Shown: positions 31,687 to 40,594, numbered from the stretch's first letter. The stretch is 64,000 nucleotides of DNA from Candidatus Woesearchaeota archaeon (GCA_964412025.1 CAYPLY010000001.1:4797-68796), one strand, 5' to 3'. Notes: generated by a model not told the origin, from the sequence alone. A program made the numbers and translations.

Positions 31687-33521
31687 CTAAGGTCTACGTC
31701 TAGTGTTTTAGTTTCAAATAAAATATAATTTGCTTGTATCTGTTCGAATGATGAAGGATTTGGCATACTTTCTGCATTAATATAAATTGTTTTTGAGTTT
31801 TGTAATTCATATTCGGATATGGAGTAATTTTGTTTTCCTCCTCCTGCAAGTGCACTTGAAATCATTTGTTGAGGGTAATCTACATTGAAGCATTGTTTCT
31901 CTGTTAAGCCTAATAATGAACCCAGCCCTCCTCTTGGGACATCTATACATTGTTCCATTGTTGTTTCTCCAAGACTTAATGAGGAATTTTTATATATTTG
32001 AACCTCTATCTCATAATCTCCTTCACTTAATTCTACCTTCTTCTCCTCAGGATACATTATCGTCTTTGAGAAATCGTCCGATATAAATGTGATTGATGCC
32101 TGCCCGTTATATTCCCTTCTATCAACATATAGATTTATTCCTATTTCATGTATTTTATTAAGGATTATCGATACACTTGTTTTATCAAGGGTGGTTGTGT
32201 GCATTAATTTCTCATCTCTATATCCCTCTGATCTTACATAAATATATCCATTAACACACTCAGGGAATCTGTCGTATAGTACCCCTCCTTCAGATTCTCC
32301 TATTAGACAACTTGTTCCAAGACATTGGTAAGATACGTTTCCATCTATCTTTTTTAAGTCATTTCCATATATACTTACAGTTACTAAAGAAGTTTTATCG
32401 TCGCAAAGTTCAGAGAATTCTCCTCCAATTGCCGAACCTTCTAGAGGCTTTCTTGGTTTATTTCCCAGTATTACTATTGCCAATGGGAATTGGAAAGTTT
32501 CTTCTCCAGACATAACTTGTACTAAAACAGGGTGTTTTAGATTATATACAAAGTGGTATGTAACGTAACAGAATCCTAATACTCCCAATCCGGCTTGAGT
32601 TCCTACCGGCTTAGCTATAAGCATGTTTCCTTCAGACGGAAGTACCTCAAAGCTATAAGGCCAATCTTTGGAATTTAGGAACTTTACATTATGGTCTGAG
32701 GGGATATCTTCAATTTCAACCTCAAAATAATCATTTTTATTTGAGCTTCCTTTTAATGCCATAGTATTTATTTCAATTGCTTCCTGTAAATCATTAAATA
32801 TGCTATTTGCTTCCCAAACTTTTGGAGAGCAAGTTAACTCAACTCCATCTACAGGAGCATACATTCTTAAAATATCAATGGTGTAATTTTCTAAAAATAG
32901 ATTTTCTTGCTCCTCTTCGTATACTTTAAGGGCAGATTCATAGAGAGAACCTAATTTGGAATCAATTATAATTTTATGCTCTCTTACAATATAGGTTTCA
33001 TCTTCTTTGGTTATAGAAAAATCCATTTTCAAGTTAAGAGTTATTTGTTTATCGTTTATTACTATTTCTACATCGGGTTCTTCCATAGTTATTTCATATC
33101 CCTGATTGTAATAATCTTCAAAATAACATCCTCTTGATTTGGATTCTATGAATTTTGATAAATCTTTTTCCATATCATTTATAGAAGGTACTTGTTCTTT
33201 GGGTACATTGTTTGCGGATACATAATACCAATAAGGAATTGAACTTCCTACGAAGTCAAGTTGAGAAGAGAAAGGCATATATTCGGAGCCTTCTTCGTAT
33301 TCAGGAAGATAAATATATCCTCCCTGACTTTCTAATAATTGAATTCCAACTTTAGCATCTTCTTCAATACAGGAAGTAAACGTTTTGTAAATCGGGTTCA
33401 TTTCTGAAGGTATTCTCCCCGGGAAAATGTCCTTCCAAAAAACAATAAACAACACAGCCATTGCAACTATTACAATTGCAAGAATAATAAAAATAGTAAC
33501 CTGCCCTCTTTTAAACCTCAT
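31683..33521 (-). CDS. Class III signal peptide (type IV pilin-like) large protein
   Basis: MRFKRG|QVTIFIILAIVIV prepilin-peptidase-type site; its stop overlaps the start of the 2475-aa gene. Confidence 0.8.
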   Translation of the reverse strand: MRFKRGQVTIFIILAIVIVAMAVLFIVFWKDIFPGRIPSEMNPIYKTFTSCIEEDAKVGIQLLESQGGYIYLPEYEEGSEYMPFSSQLDFVGSSIPYWYYVSANNVPKEQVPSINDMEKDLSKFIESKSRGCYFEDYYNQGYEITMEEPDVEIVINDKQITLNLKMDFSITKEDETYIVREHKIIIDSKLGSLYESALKVYEEEQENLFLENYTIDILRMYAPVDGVELTCSPKVWEANSIFNDLQEAIEINTMALKGSSNKNDYFEVEIEDIPSDHNVKFLNSKDWPYSFEVLPSEGNMLIAKPVGTQAGLGVLGFCYVTYHFVYNLKHPVLVQVMSGEETFQFPLAIVILGNKPRKPLEGSAIGGEFSELCDDKTSLVTVSIYGNDLKKIDGNVSYQCLGTSCLIGESEGGVLYDRFPECVNGYIYVRSEGYRDEKLMHTTTLDKTSVSIILNKIHEIGINLYVDRREYNGQASITFISDDFSKTIMYPEEKKVELSEGDYEIEVQIYKNSSLSLGETTMEQCIDVPRGGLGSLLGLTEKQCFNVDYPQQMISSALAGGGKQNYSISEYELQNSKTIYINAESMPNPSSFEQIQANYILFETKTLDVDLR

Positions 33522-33580
33522 CTAGATTTAATGAAAATTACATATATAAAGTTTATTGAAATTTCAAAAAGAAATAAATT

Positions 33581-33796
33581 TTAGTATCTTTTTCTTATTG
33601 TGTTATATCTGTTAACCTTGAGGAAATTTATTCCTCCAAAAATTAAAAGAATTCCTCCGGCAAAAATTATCCATCTGTTTATATCAGAAGAGAATCCCGT
33701 AAATTTAGGTATAAATGTTATCCCAAAATTAAGAAAATATATACCTAAAAGTAAGTATAATATGAAAAAAATCATTCCTCCACCACTTCTTACCAT
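33581..33796 (-). CDS. Small two-TM membrane protein
   Basis: Two hydrophobic segments, basic C-terminus, TATA-like box upstream. Confidence 0.65.
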   Translation of the reverse strand: MVRSGGGMIFFILYLLLGIYFLNFGITFIPKFTGFSSDINRWIIFAGGILLIFGGINFLKVNRYNTIRKRY

Positions 33797-33851
33797 GGTT
33801 AAAATAGAAAAGAAGTATATTTAAATATTTTTATTATGAATATTTTATATT

Positions 33852-34073
33852 GGTCCCATAGTTTAATGGTAGAACATGTCCTTGACGATGGGGTTCTTTA
33901 GAAAAGAACCTACAATGGTAGAAAGTGGGTTTTTCTTTTAGAAAAAGAAAATCTACAATGTAAAAGAAAAACTGCAAGAGTAGAAAAAAAGAAATTACAA
34001 TTGTAGAAAAAACTACCCTTGAGAATACAACATCAAAATGGACAGGGCTGCAGTCCGATTCTGCATGGGACCA
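33852..34073 (+). tRNA. tRNA-Val(GAC) with 151-nt intron at 37/38 (33888-34038)
   Basis: GGTCCCA/TGGGACC acceptor, TGTCC-TTGACG[intron]T-GGACA, BHB with TTGA/TCAA helix and CGA/AAT bulges, TGCAG-TCCGATT-CTGCA T arm. Confidence 0.9.
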
Positions 34074-34077
34074 TTTT

Positions 34078-34356
34078 CTAATTTCTTTTACTAATTTTCC
34101 CCCCCTTAACTTGTCCCCAATTATCTTTTAAGATTTGTATGTTCAATTCTTCTTTATTTATCTTTGAAATATAACATAAATCATTAAAAAGATTTTCAGG
34201 CAAAAGTCTTTCTTCGGCAAGATAGTTTTTCAGGGTAGAATAATTAATGCTTAATCTGTTCCCTAATTCCCTTAAGGATGGTGAATTTATTTTTTTCATT
34301 ACTTCTTTAATAAATTTCTTTTGTTCTCCTTTCTTGAATTCTACTCTATTATTCAT
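34078..34356 (-). CDS. Small HTH-containing protein ending in NWGQVKGG
   Basis: Start reset to ATG 34356 (MNNRVEF), which removes the rpl44e overlap; SLRELGNRLSINYSTLKNY helix-turn-helix pattern. Confidence 0.7.
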   Translation of the reverse strand: MNNRVEFKKGEQKKFIKEVMKKINSPSLRELGNRLSINYSTLKNYLAEERLLPENLFNDLCYISKINKEELNIQILKDNWGQVKGGKISKRN

Positions 34357-34416
34357 TAAATAACTGCGGGACCAATATATAAAAAACTTTTTAAACCCTC
34401 TAAAATAAAGAGTTCT

Positions 34417-34728
34417 ATGAAAATTCCAAAAGTGACGAAAAGATTTTGTCCTTATTGTAAGAAAAAGACAGAACAAAAAATAAAATTAGTTGGAACGGGA
34501 TTCCAGAGAGGAACACTTACTAGAGGTTCAAAGTATAGGGCTAAATTAAGAGGGTTAGCAAGAGGAATAGGAAATAAAGGAAAATGGGGTTCAAAACCTG
34601 CCGCTTCTAAGTTTAAACGAAAATCTAAAACAACTAAAAAAACAAATATAATGTACACGTGCAAAGTCTGCAATAAATCTAAATACCAGAAGAAAGGTAT
34701 CAGACTAAGCAAACAAGTACAGGAGTAA
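34417..34728 (+). CDS. rpl44e: 50S ribosomal protein L44e (eL42)
   Basis: MKIPK..RFCPYCKK, KTTKK...CKVCNK. Confidence 0.93.
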   Translation: MKIPKVTKRFCPYCKKKTEQKIKLVGTGFQRGTLTRGSKYRAKLRGLARGIGNKGKWGSKPAASKFKRKSKTTKKTNIMYTCKVCNKSKYQKKGIRLSKQVQE

Positions 34729-34744
34729 ATAAAAATTAATTAAA

Positions 34745-35407
34745 ATGGCACAGGCAAAAAAGAAAAAAAGGTTTTTCGATGTAGAAATGCCTTTAATAAA
34801 CAAACAAACTCAAATCTTTGCTTATGAACTTTCAGAACTTGAAGGAAAATTCATAAAATACGATTTAACAAGAATATTAAGAGGTAAAAGCATACTTATG
34901 CAATTTAAGATTTCTATAAAGGAGCATCAGGCTATTGCTTATCCAAGAGGAATTCTTCTTATGCCTTATTTTTTAAGAAGGATGATAAGGAAAGGAACAG
35001 ATTATGTTGAAGATTCATTTACTGCAGATTGTAGGGATGCAACTCTTAAAATAAAGCCATTCTTAATAACCAGAAGAAAGGTTTCTAAGAGAGTAAGAAG
35101 AGGATTAAGAGATAAAGCTAGAGAAGAGATAAAGAGATATATTAAAGATAAACCTTCTCAGAGGATATTTGAAGATATACTTAAGAATAAACTTCAAAAG
35201 GAGTTAAGTTTGTTGTTGAAGAAGATTTATCCTCTTTCATTGTGTGAAATCAAATTTGTAGATATTGATAAGGATTTAGAAGTGAAGGAAAAATCAAAAG
35301 AAGAGAAAGAAAATAAAGAAGAAAACCCTGAAAAAGACAATAAAGAAAAGAAAGAGAAAAAATCAAAAAAGAAAGAAGAAAAAGAAGTGGATTCTGAAGA
35401 AAACTAA
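34745..35407 (+). CDS. rps3ae: 30S ribosomal protein S3Ae (eS1), divergent, with K/E-rich tail
   Basis: YFLRRMIRKGTDYVEDSF, KKIYPL..CEI. Confidence 0.85.
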   Translation: MAQAKKKKRFFDVEMPLINKQTQIFAYELSELEGKFIKYDLTRILRGKSILMQFKISIKEHQAIAYPRGILLMPYFLRRMIRKGTDYVEDSFTADCRDATLKIKPFLITRRKVSKRVRRGLRDKAREEIKRYIKDKPSQRIFEDILKNKLQKELSLLLKKIYPLSLCEIKFVDIDKDLEVKEKSKEEKENKEENPEKDNKEKKEKKSKKKEEKEVDSEEN

Positions 35408-35460
35408 AGACAATCTATAAAATACGAAATCTTTTAAAGCACTTATATATTTGTTTTATC

Positions 35461-35524
35461 ATACCTGTATAGCTCAGCGATAGGCTCAGATTAACATCTG
35501 GCCAAATCACTTTGCTTAGGGTAT
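35461..35524 (+). ncRNA. tRNA-5'-derived hairpin upstream of tRNA-Thr(TGT)
   Basis: CCTGTATAGCTCAGCGATAG identical to tRNA nt 2-21; folds AUACC/GGUAU, AGC/GCU, AGCGAU/AUCACU, GGC/GCC, CAGAU-UAAC-AUCUG. Confidence 0.65.
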
Positions 35525-35530
35525 TAATAA

Positions 35531-35602
<72 letters not shown>

Positions 35603-35659
35603 TTTGGACTTCTGTTGTATTCCAATAATATTTATAAATAATTATTCCCATTTTATAAT

Positions 35660-36289
35660 ATGGTAGAAAGAGGGGAAATTGCCTTCAATAAAAAGGTTAT
35701 ACGTGAAGCAAAAAAAAGACATGGAGATGAAATTGAGTCTTGGAAAAAGGATTTAGAAGAAGCAATAATTACTAGCTATAATTTCATAAAAAAATATCCA
35801 AAAAAATCTGAAAAGAAATTCGAATCTGTTAAATTATTATTAGAAGATGGTCTGGCTTTATTGGAAGATAGAACCTATAAAGAAAATTTCTCGGAGGGAA
35901 GAGAAATATTTTATTATATGAAGGAAGCTATATCCAAAAAAGAAAGCAAAGTTGTTTTATCTAAAGAGATAGATAAATATAGAAAAAACCTTGCATTGAG
36001 GGGAGGGGTGTTAGTTGAGAAGTCTCATTTAAAACAAGATTATGGAAATAAGGATTCAGATATTGTGCGTTATTATGATAAACATGTTGGAAATATAGCT
36101 GTAGGATTAGAGAAATCAATAACTGCTGTTTCAGCCTTATCAATGGCTTTGGGAATTGCATTGGGTTATCCTGCTTTGACCGGAAATGCCATAGCGAATA
36201 CTTTTGCAGGTTCTTTTAGTTACGGGGCCATACTTTTTATGGTTGGACTTCTTGGAGTATTTTTATCTAATAGGAATAAGTTTAAGTGA
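35660..36289 (+). CDS. Hypothetical protein with C-terminal TM hairpin (LTGNAI loop)
   Basis: Long ORF with TATA upstream; two C-terminal TMs flanking LTGNAI. Confidence 0.7.
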   Translation: MVERGEIAFNKKVIREAKKRHGDEIESWKKDLEEAIITSYNFIKKYPKKSEKKFESVKLLLEDGLALLEDRTYKENFSEGREIFYYMKEAISKKESKVVLSKEIDKYRKNLALRGGVLVEKSHLKQDYGNKDSDIVRYYDKHVGNIAVGLEKSITAVSALSMALGIALGYPALTGNAIANTFAGSFSYGAILFMVGLLGVFLSNRNKFK

Positions 36290-36335
36290 TAAAAATTATT
36301 TTCTATTTTATTTGAGGAAAGTTATATTAAAAGAA

Positions 36336-36665
36336 TTATCTTAATTTCACAGCAGTGCCGTATGCAAGCATCTCTGAAGCACCCTGCATGACCATTGATG
36401 TTGAAAAATTAAAACCTATAATTGCATCTGCTCCCATTTTTATTGCGTCATTAATCATTCTATTAAATGCTTCATCTCTTGATTGTGCTGTCATCTCCGT
36501 GTAAGTTTGTATTTCTCCCCCCACTAAGTTTTTTAGACCTGCCCCAATATCTCTGCCAATATTTCTTGCTCTTACAGTATTTCCTCTTGCTATTCCGATT
36601 ACTTTAGAAATTGCTCTTCCAGGTATCTCAAATGCTGTTGTAACAATTATTTCTTTATTTGCCAT
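36336..36665 (-). CDS. YbjQ/UPF0145 family protein
   Basis: VRARNIGRDIGAGLKNLVGGEI...GADAIIG...MLAYGTAVKL. Confidence 0.93.
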   Translation of the reverse strand: MANKEIIVTTAFEIPGRAISKVIGIARGNTVRARNIGRDIGAGLKNLVGGEIQTYTEMTAQSRDEAFNRMINDAIKMGADAIIGFNFSTSMVMQGASEMLAYGTAVKLR

Positions 36666-36666
36666 A

Positions 36667-36873
36667 TTATTTTTTATATTCTTTTTCTTTTAAATCCTTT
36701 CTTTTTTCTATTTGGTCTTCTTTTTTATTGAAGATTATAACGATTCCAATTATTATCAGAGGTATTCCATATATTAGCATAAATAATGTTACTAACATCG
36801 AGATTATTGTTAATATTACTCCGAGTGTTATTAGTGCTATTCCAACAATAATTCTGCTTGTACTGATTGTCAT
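36667..36873 (-). CDS. Small membrane protein
   Basis: Two TM segments and charged tail (EDQIEKRKD); abuts the YbjQ-family gene. Confidence 0.7.
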   Translation of the reverse strand: MTISTSRIIVGIALITLGVILTIISMLVTLFMLIYGIPLIIIGIVIIFNKKEDQIEKRKDLKEKEYKK

Positions 36874-36905
36874 GATATTATTTAGGGAATGGTGTTTAAT
36901 AAATA

Positions 36906-37463
36906 TTACTTATCAATTATCTCAACTTTTCTTCCATCAGAGAGTATTTTTGCAATTTCTCTTGGAAGATTAGCAATATCTCCTTTTTGATAGGGCCCCA
37001 TTTTTGTTTCATCTGCTCCAAGAAATTCTTCAACATCATCAAGGAAAACTACTAGATCATTATTTTTTGTTACCTCTCCTTTAATCCCACTTAAAAGTTC
37101 ATTTAGTTTCTTTTCTGAAGAATCCATGCAACTCATTAGTCCTTCAAACAGCTCTTTTTCTATTGCAAGCATATTTTCAAAGTCTTGTTTTGAGATTCCG
37201 GTTTCTGTTGCTATTAATACCAGATTAAGTATCTTCTTCCTTCTTCTTATTATCAATTCTTTAAACAGGGTTGTTGCATTTTCTAATTGTTTTTTTGTTT
37301 TAATTATAACATCTGAAAAATCCTCGCTATCTTTTGCAGCAATCTCTTTTTTATCTTTTATATATTTAGCAACCTCAGATATGAAATTCTTAGGTATTTG
37401 CTGGAGTTGTTCCGAATATCTCTCTTTTCTTGCAGCCTCATATATATCATTGTATGTTATCAT
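36906..37463 (-). CDS. DNA replication GINS subunit (Gins51/Gins15-like)
   Basis: ITYNDIYEAARKER..EQLQQIP..F, RRRKKILNL, MGPYQKGDIANLPREIAKIL B-domain. Confidence 0.8.
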   Translation of the reverse strand: MITYNDIYEAARKERYSEQLQQIPKNFISEVAKYIKDKKEIAAKDSEDFSDVIIKTKKQLENATTLFKELIIRRRKKILNLVLIATETGISKQDFENMLAIEKELFEGLMSCMDSSEKKLNELLSGIKGEVTKNNDLVVFLDDVEEFLGADETKMGPYQKGDIANLPREIAKILSDGRKVEIIDK

Positions 37464-37533
37464 CTAAAAAAAGAAGAACCAACGTTTTTAATAATTGTTG
37501 TATTATATAAAAAGGGTTACAGATGATTATCTT

Positions 37534-37872
37534 TTATTTATAACTGAATTTCTCTTTAAACCCAAAGTAGTATATGTTCATCTTATGCATTTTCATATCC
37601 TCAGTGTTTCTTGAATTAAATTTTCCTCCTCTTTTCATCCAGTAATCTAGGATCTGTTCTGAGGTAAATATTTCTCCATTTGGGGAGACTACAGAAAGAC
37701 TTTTGTCCACATTTCCAGGGTAATCTTTGTCTTCAAGCATACCAAATCCTTCTTCTTCTAATTTTGTACAACTATGAATAATCTGTTTGTTTAAGTGGCT
37801 TGAATTATTCCTCTCATCAAAACTATATGCCCATAGAATTTTTTTCCTTAATGTATTCTCACTTTCTTTCAT
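37534..37872 (-). CDS. Hypothetical protein
   Basis: 112-aa ORF directly downstream of the adjacent gene; no recognised motif. Confidence 0.55.
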   Translation of the reverse strand: MKESENTLRKKILWAYSFDERNNSSHLNKQIIHSCTKLEEEGFGMLEDKDYPGNVDKSLSVVSPNGEIFTSEQILDYWMKRGGKFNSRNTEDMKMHKMNIYYFGFKEKFSYK

Positions 37873-37874
37873 CT

Positions 37875-38225
37875 TTACAAATCTATAACACCTTCTTTTG
37901 TCAGAGCTGCAAATCTTATTCCAACTGGAAGGTTAATTAATGCAGATATAAGTGCCATATGTTCTTTTCCTTCCCCACTTGCTATTGAAAGTGCCACTTC
38001 AGTTCCATCTATTTTATTTTTAAGTTTTTTAAGAAATTCTTCTCTTAGGTCTTTTATTTTTGCCTTTAAATCTACTTTTATGAATTCAAATTTTTTTTCG
38101 TGTGTAAAACCTGTTCCAAACTCATCCCCTATAACAATTATTTTGTCCCATTCTCCATGCTTCATAAGTCCAGAAACCTGTCCCCAGCTTCCTTTCCCAG
38201 TAGATAATAATGCTACTAATTCCAT
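37875..38225 (-). CDS. Small Rossmann-like protein, possibly CARF-related
   Basis: LVALLSTGKGSW...DKIIVIG...EVALSIASGEGKEHMALISA pattern. Confidence 0.65.
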   Translation of the reverse strand: MELVALLSTGKGSWGQVSGLMKHGEWDKIIVIGDEFGTGFTHEKKFEFIKVDLKAKIKDLREEFLKKLKNKIDGTEVALSIASGEGKEHMALISALINLPVGIRFAALTKEGVIDL

Positions 38226-38226
38226 T

Positions 38227-38535
38227 TTAAAGTTTCTCCACTAATTTCTCAATATTTGAAACATTATTTTTGGAGATAATTTCAATTGCAGAAGTTTTAC
38301 TTATTTTAACAGGAGGTAAAAGATATCTTGGTACAGATAATTCCCCTTTATCATTCAACTTGATTCCCATTTTCTTAGGGGAAATCGAACTTCCAATTAT
38401 ATCAAGCTTATTGTTTGATTTAAGTAATACGTAAGAAACCTTCTCAGGAGAGGATTTATATCTTAAACCATAATATTCGTCCATGTTAGAAAAGTGAAAT
38501 TCCTTGTTTTTAAGGATTATTGTAATTTTGGGCAT
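38227..38535 (-). CDS. Hypothetical protein
   Basis: 102-aa ORF abutting the next gene, divergent from rpl1. Confidence 0.55.
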   Translation of the reverse strand: MPKITIILKNKEFHFSNMDEYYGLRYKSSPEKVSYVLLKSNNKLDIIGSSISPKKMGIKLNDKGELSVPRYLLPPVKISKTSAIEIISKNNVSNIEKLVEKL

Positions 38536-38572
38536 AACCTAACATTTAAAAACCCAAAAAAACATAGAAAAA

Positions 38573-38637
38573 TAGCCGTTTGAACCATATCGTGCTGGAT
38601 TACATTCTATATCCAGGGCGCATAATTTGGGAGGCTA
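38573..38637 (+). promoter_or_regulatory. Putative uL1 autoregulatory leader (23S rRNA L1-site mimic)
   Basis: UAGCC-GUUUGAA-CCA...UGG-GA-GGCUA with inner CUGGAU/AUCCAG stem; GGGAGG doubles as the rpl1 SD. Confidence 0.65.
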
Positions 38638-38647
38638 AAACAGTAAG

Positions 38648-39280
38648 ATGGCAGAATTAGAAGAAGAACTAAAGAAAGCATTGACTGAGCTAAGAAAGTC
38701 TAAGGAAAGAAAGTTTGACCAGACGGTCGATTTAATTGTAAATCTTCAAAAATTTGATATTAAAAAAAGTAATGTAAACCTTTTTGTTAGCGTTCCGCAT
38801 AAAATTAAGGATAAGAAAATAGCTGGATTTTTAGAGGTTAAAAATTCAAGTATAGATACTATAACTCCTGACGAATTCAAGAAATATAATGATAAAGCTA
38901 AGATGAAAGGTCTTGTTAATCATTACGATTTCTTTATAGCTCAAGCTAGTCTTATGCCAAGCGTTGCTACAAATTTTGGTAGGGCTTTGGGACCAACAGG
39001 AAAGATGCCCTCTCCACAGCTTGGGATTATAATGAATGCTGATGAGAAGACGTTAAAGGAGCTCACATCTAAGATAAATACAAGCATTAAGATAAAGGTA
39101 AAAGAATCAAGTATAAAAATTCCGATAGGAAAGCAAACAATGAAAGATGAGGATATAATTGAGAATATTCTTGCAGTTTATAATCTGCTTCTTAAGACTC
39201 TCCCAAGAAATAAAGAGAACATAAAAAATGTTGAAATAAAATTCACAATGACTAAACCTTACAAAATATCAATTAAATGA
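38648..39280 (+). CDS. rpl1: 50S ribosomal protein L1
   Basis: RKFDQTVDLIVNL, GRALGPTGKMP, KFTMTKP. Confidence 0.95.
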   Translation: MAELEEELKKALTELRKSKERKFDQTVDLIVNLQKFDIKKSNVNLFVSVPHKIKDKKIAGFLEVKNSSIDTITPDEFKKYNDKAKMKGLVNHYDFFIAQASLMPSVATNFGRALGPTGKMPSPQLGIIMNADEKTLKELTSKINTSIKIKVKESSIKIPIGKQTMKDEDIIENILAVYNLLLKTLPRNKENIKNVEIKFTMTKPYKISIK

Positions 39281-39281
39281 A

Positions 39282-40127
39282 ATGAAAACTAAAAAAACTG
39301 ATAAATCTGTCAAGACAACGCATGTTTCTGAAAGGAAAAAGAATGCTGTTGCAGAGTTATCTAAACTTTTGAAAGAGAATAAGACATTGCTTATAGCTTC
39401 AATAAAGAATATACCCGGTTCTCAGTTTCAAGAGATTGTTAAGAAGATGAGGGGGAAAGCTGTTGTTAAGGTTCCTAAGAAGAATTTAATAATAAAAGCT
39501 ATAGATTCTTCAAAGGATGAAGATATAAAGAAAGTAAAAGAAAGCATAACTAATGATTTTGCTTTGTTATTTTCAAATGTTGACTCTTTTGAATTAGCTA
39601 TTGAATTAATAAGAAAGAAGAGTCCTTCTAAAGCAAAGGCTGGACAAATAGCTCCGGAAGATATCGAGATACCTGCAGGTCCAACAGATTTGGTTCCTGG
39701 ACCGGCAATAAGCGAATTAGGTGCTTTAGGAATACAAATTCAAATTGAAGGGGGAAAAATAACAATCAAAACCCCTAAAGTTGTTGCAAAGAAGGGAGAA
39801 AAGATAAGTCAGGGTGCTGCTGATATGATGGGTAAACTGGATATTAAACCATTTACAATAGGATTTATTCCAGTTGCAGCATTTGATAATGAGAAGAAGT
39901 TATTTTATCCTGAGATAAATTTGAATCCAGAAAAGACTCTTGAAGATTTCAAAGAAGCTTATGGAAGAGCACTCCCTTTCGCAGTAAATGTAGGGTATGC
40001 TACTCCTGAAACAATTACATTCTTAATTGGAAAAGCAGGGATGCATGAAAAAGCAATTGAAAGATTACAGGAAAATAAATCAGATACTCAAACTCCTGAA
40101 TTAAATTCTACAGGAGAAGGAAATTAA
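39282..40127 (+). CDS. rpl10: 50S ribosomal protein L10 (aP0), lacking acidic C-terminal tail
   Basis: [34 protein letters not shown]. Confidence 0.93.
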   Translation: MKTKKTDKSVKTTHVSERKKNAVAELSKLLKENKTLLIASIKNIPGSQFQEIVKKMRGKAVVKVPKKNLIIKAIDSSKDEDIKKVKESITNDFALLFSNVDSFELAIELIRKKSPSKAKAGQIAPEDIEIPAGPTDLVPGPAISELGALGIQIQIEGGKITIKTPKVVAKKGEKISQGAADMMGKLDIKPFTIGFIPVAAFDNEKKLFYPEINLNPEKTLEDFKEAYGRALPFAVNVGYATPETITFLIGKAGMHEKAIERLQENKSDTQTPELNSTGEGN

Positions 40128-40128
40128 A

Positions 40129-40416
40129 ATGGAATACATATATGCGGCACTTTTGTTGCACAAACTTGGAAAAGAAGTTAGTGAAGCAAACATAAAAAGT
40201 GTTGTTGTAGCTGCTGGCGCACATGCAGATGATTCAAAAATCAAATCGCTTGTCGCTAGTTTAAATGGTGTTGATATAGCAAGTGAATTGGCTAATGCTA
40301 GTTTAGTTGCTGCTGCTCCTTCTAGCTCAGCTCCTGCTGAAGCAAAGAAAGAAGAAGCTCCAAAAGAAGAGAAACACGAAGCTGCAGCAGAGGGACTTAG
40401 TGCACTTTTCGGTTAA
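40129..40416 (+). CDS. rpl12: 50S ribosomal protein L12 (aP1)
   Basis: [11 protein letters not shown]...EGLSALFG. Confidence 0.96.
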   Translation: MEYIYAALLLHKLGKEVSEANIKSVVVAAGAHADDSKIKSLVASLNGVDIASELANASLVAAAPSSSAPAEAKKEEAPKEEKHEAAAEGLSALFG

Positions 40417-40594
40417 TTTTAAATTTTTTTAAAAGTAACTAAGCCCTTTACACTTTCATAGTTTGTACGCAAACTCTGAACTGACGACAAGCCCTAAATG
40501 TATTTTCAATGATAAGAATTTTTAAAAATAAATAGCCTCAGAAATATACTTAATGAAAAATAAAGCATAAATTAATTTATCTAAATAATAACTC

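Noticed and set aside
33888..33941. Protein-coding or rolling-circle ORF in the tRNA-Val intron
   Set aside because: The ATG frame stops after 17 codons and there is no homing-endonuclease motif.
34357..34476. Extended N-terminus of the 132-aa ORF
   Set aside because: Overlaps rpl44e and its promoter; ATG at 34356 is the plausible start.
40482..40500. Hammerhead ribozyme (CTGACGA)
   Set aside because: No stem II or GAAA core follows.
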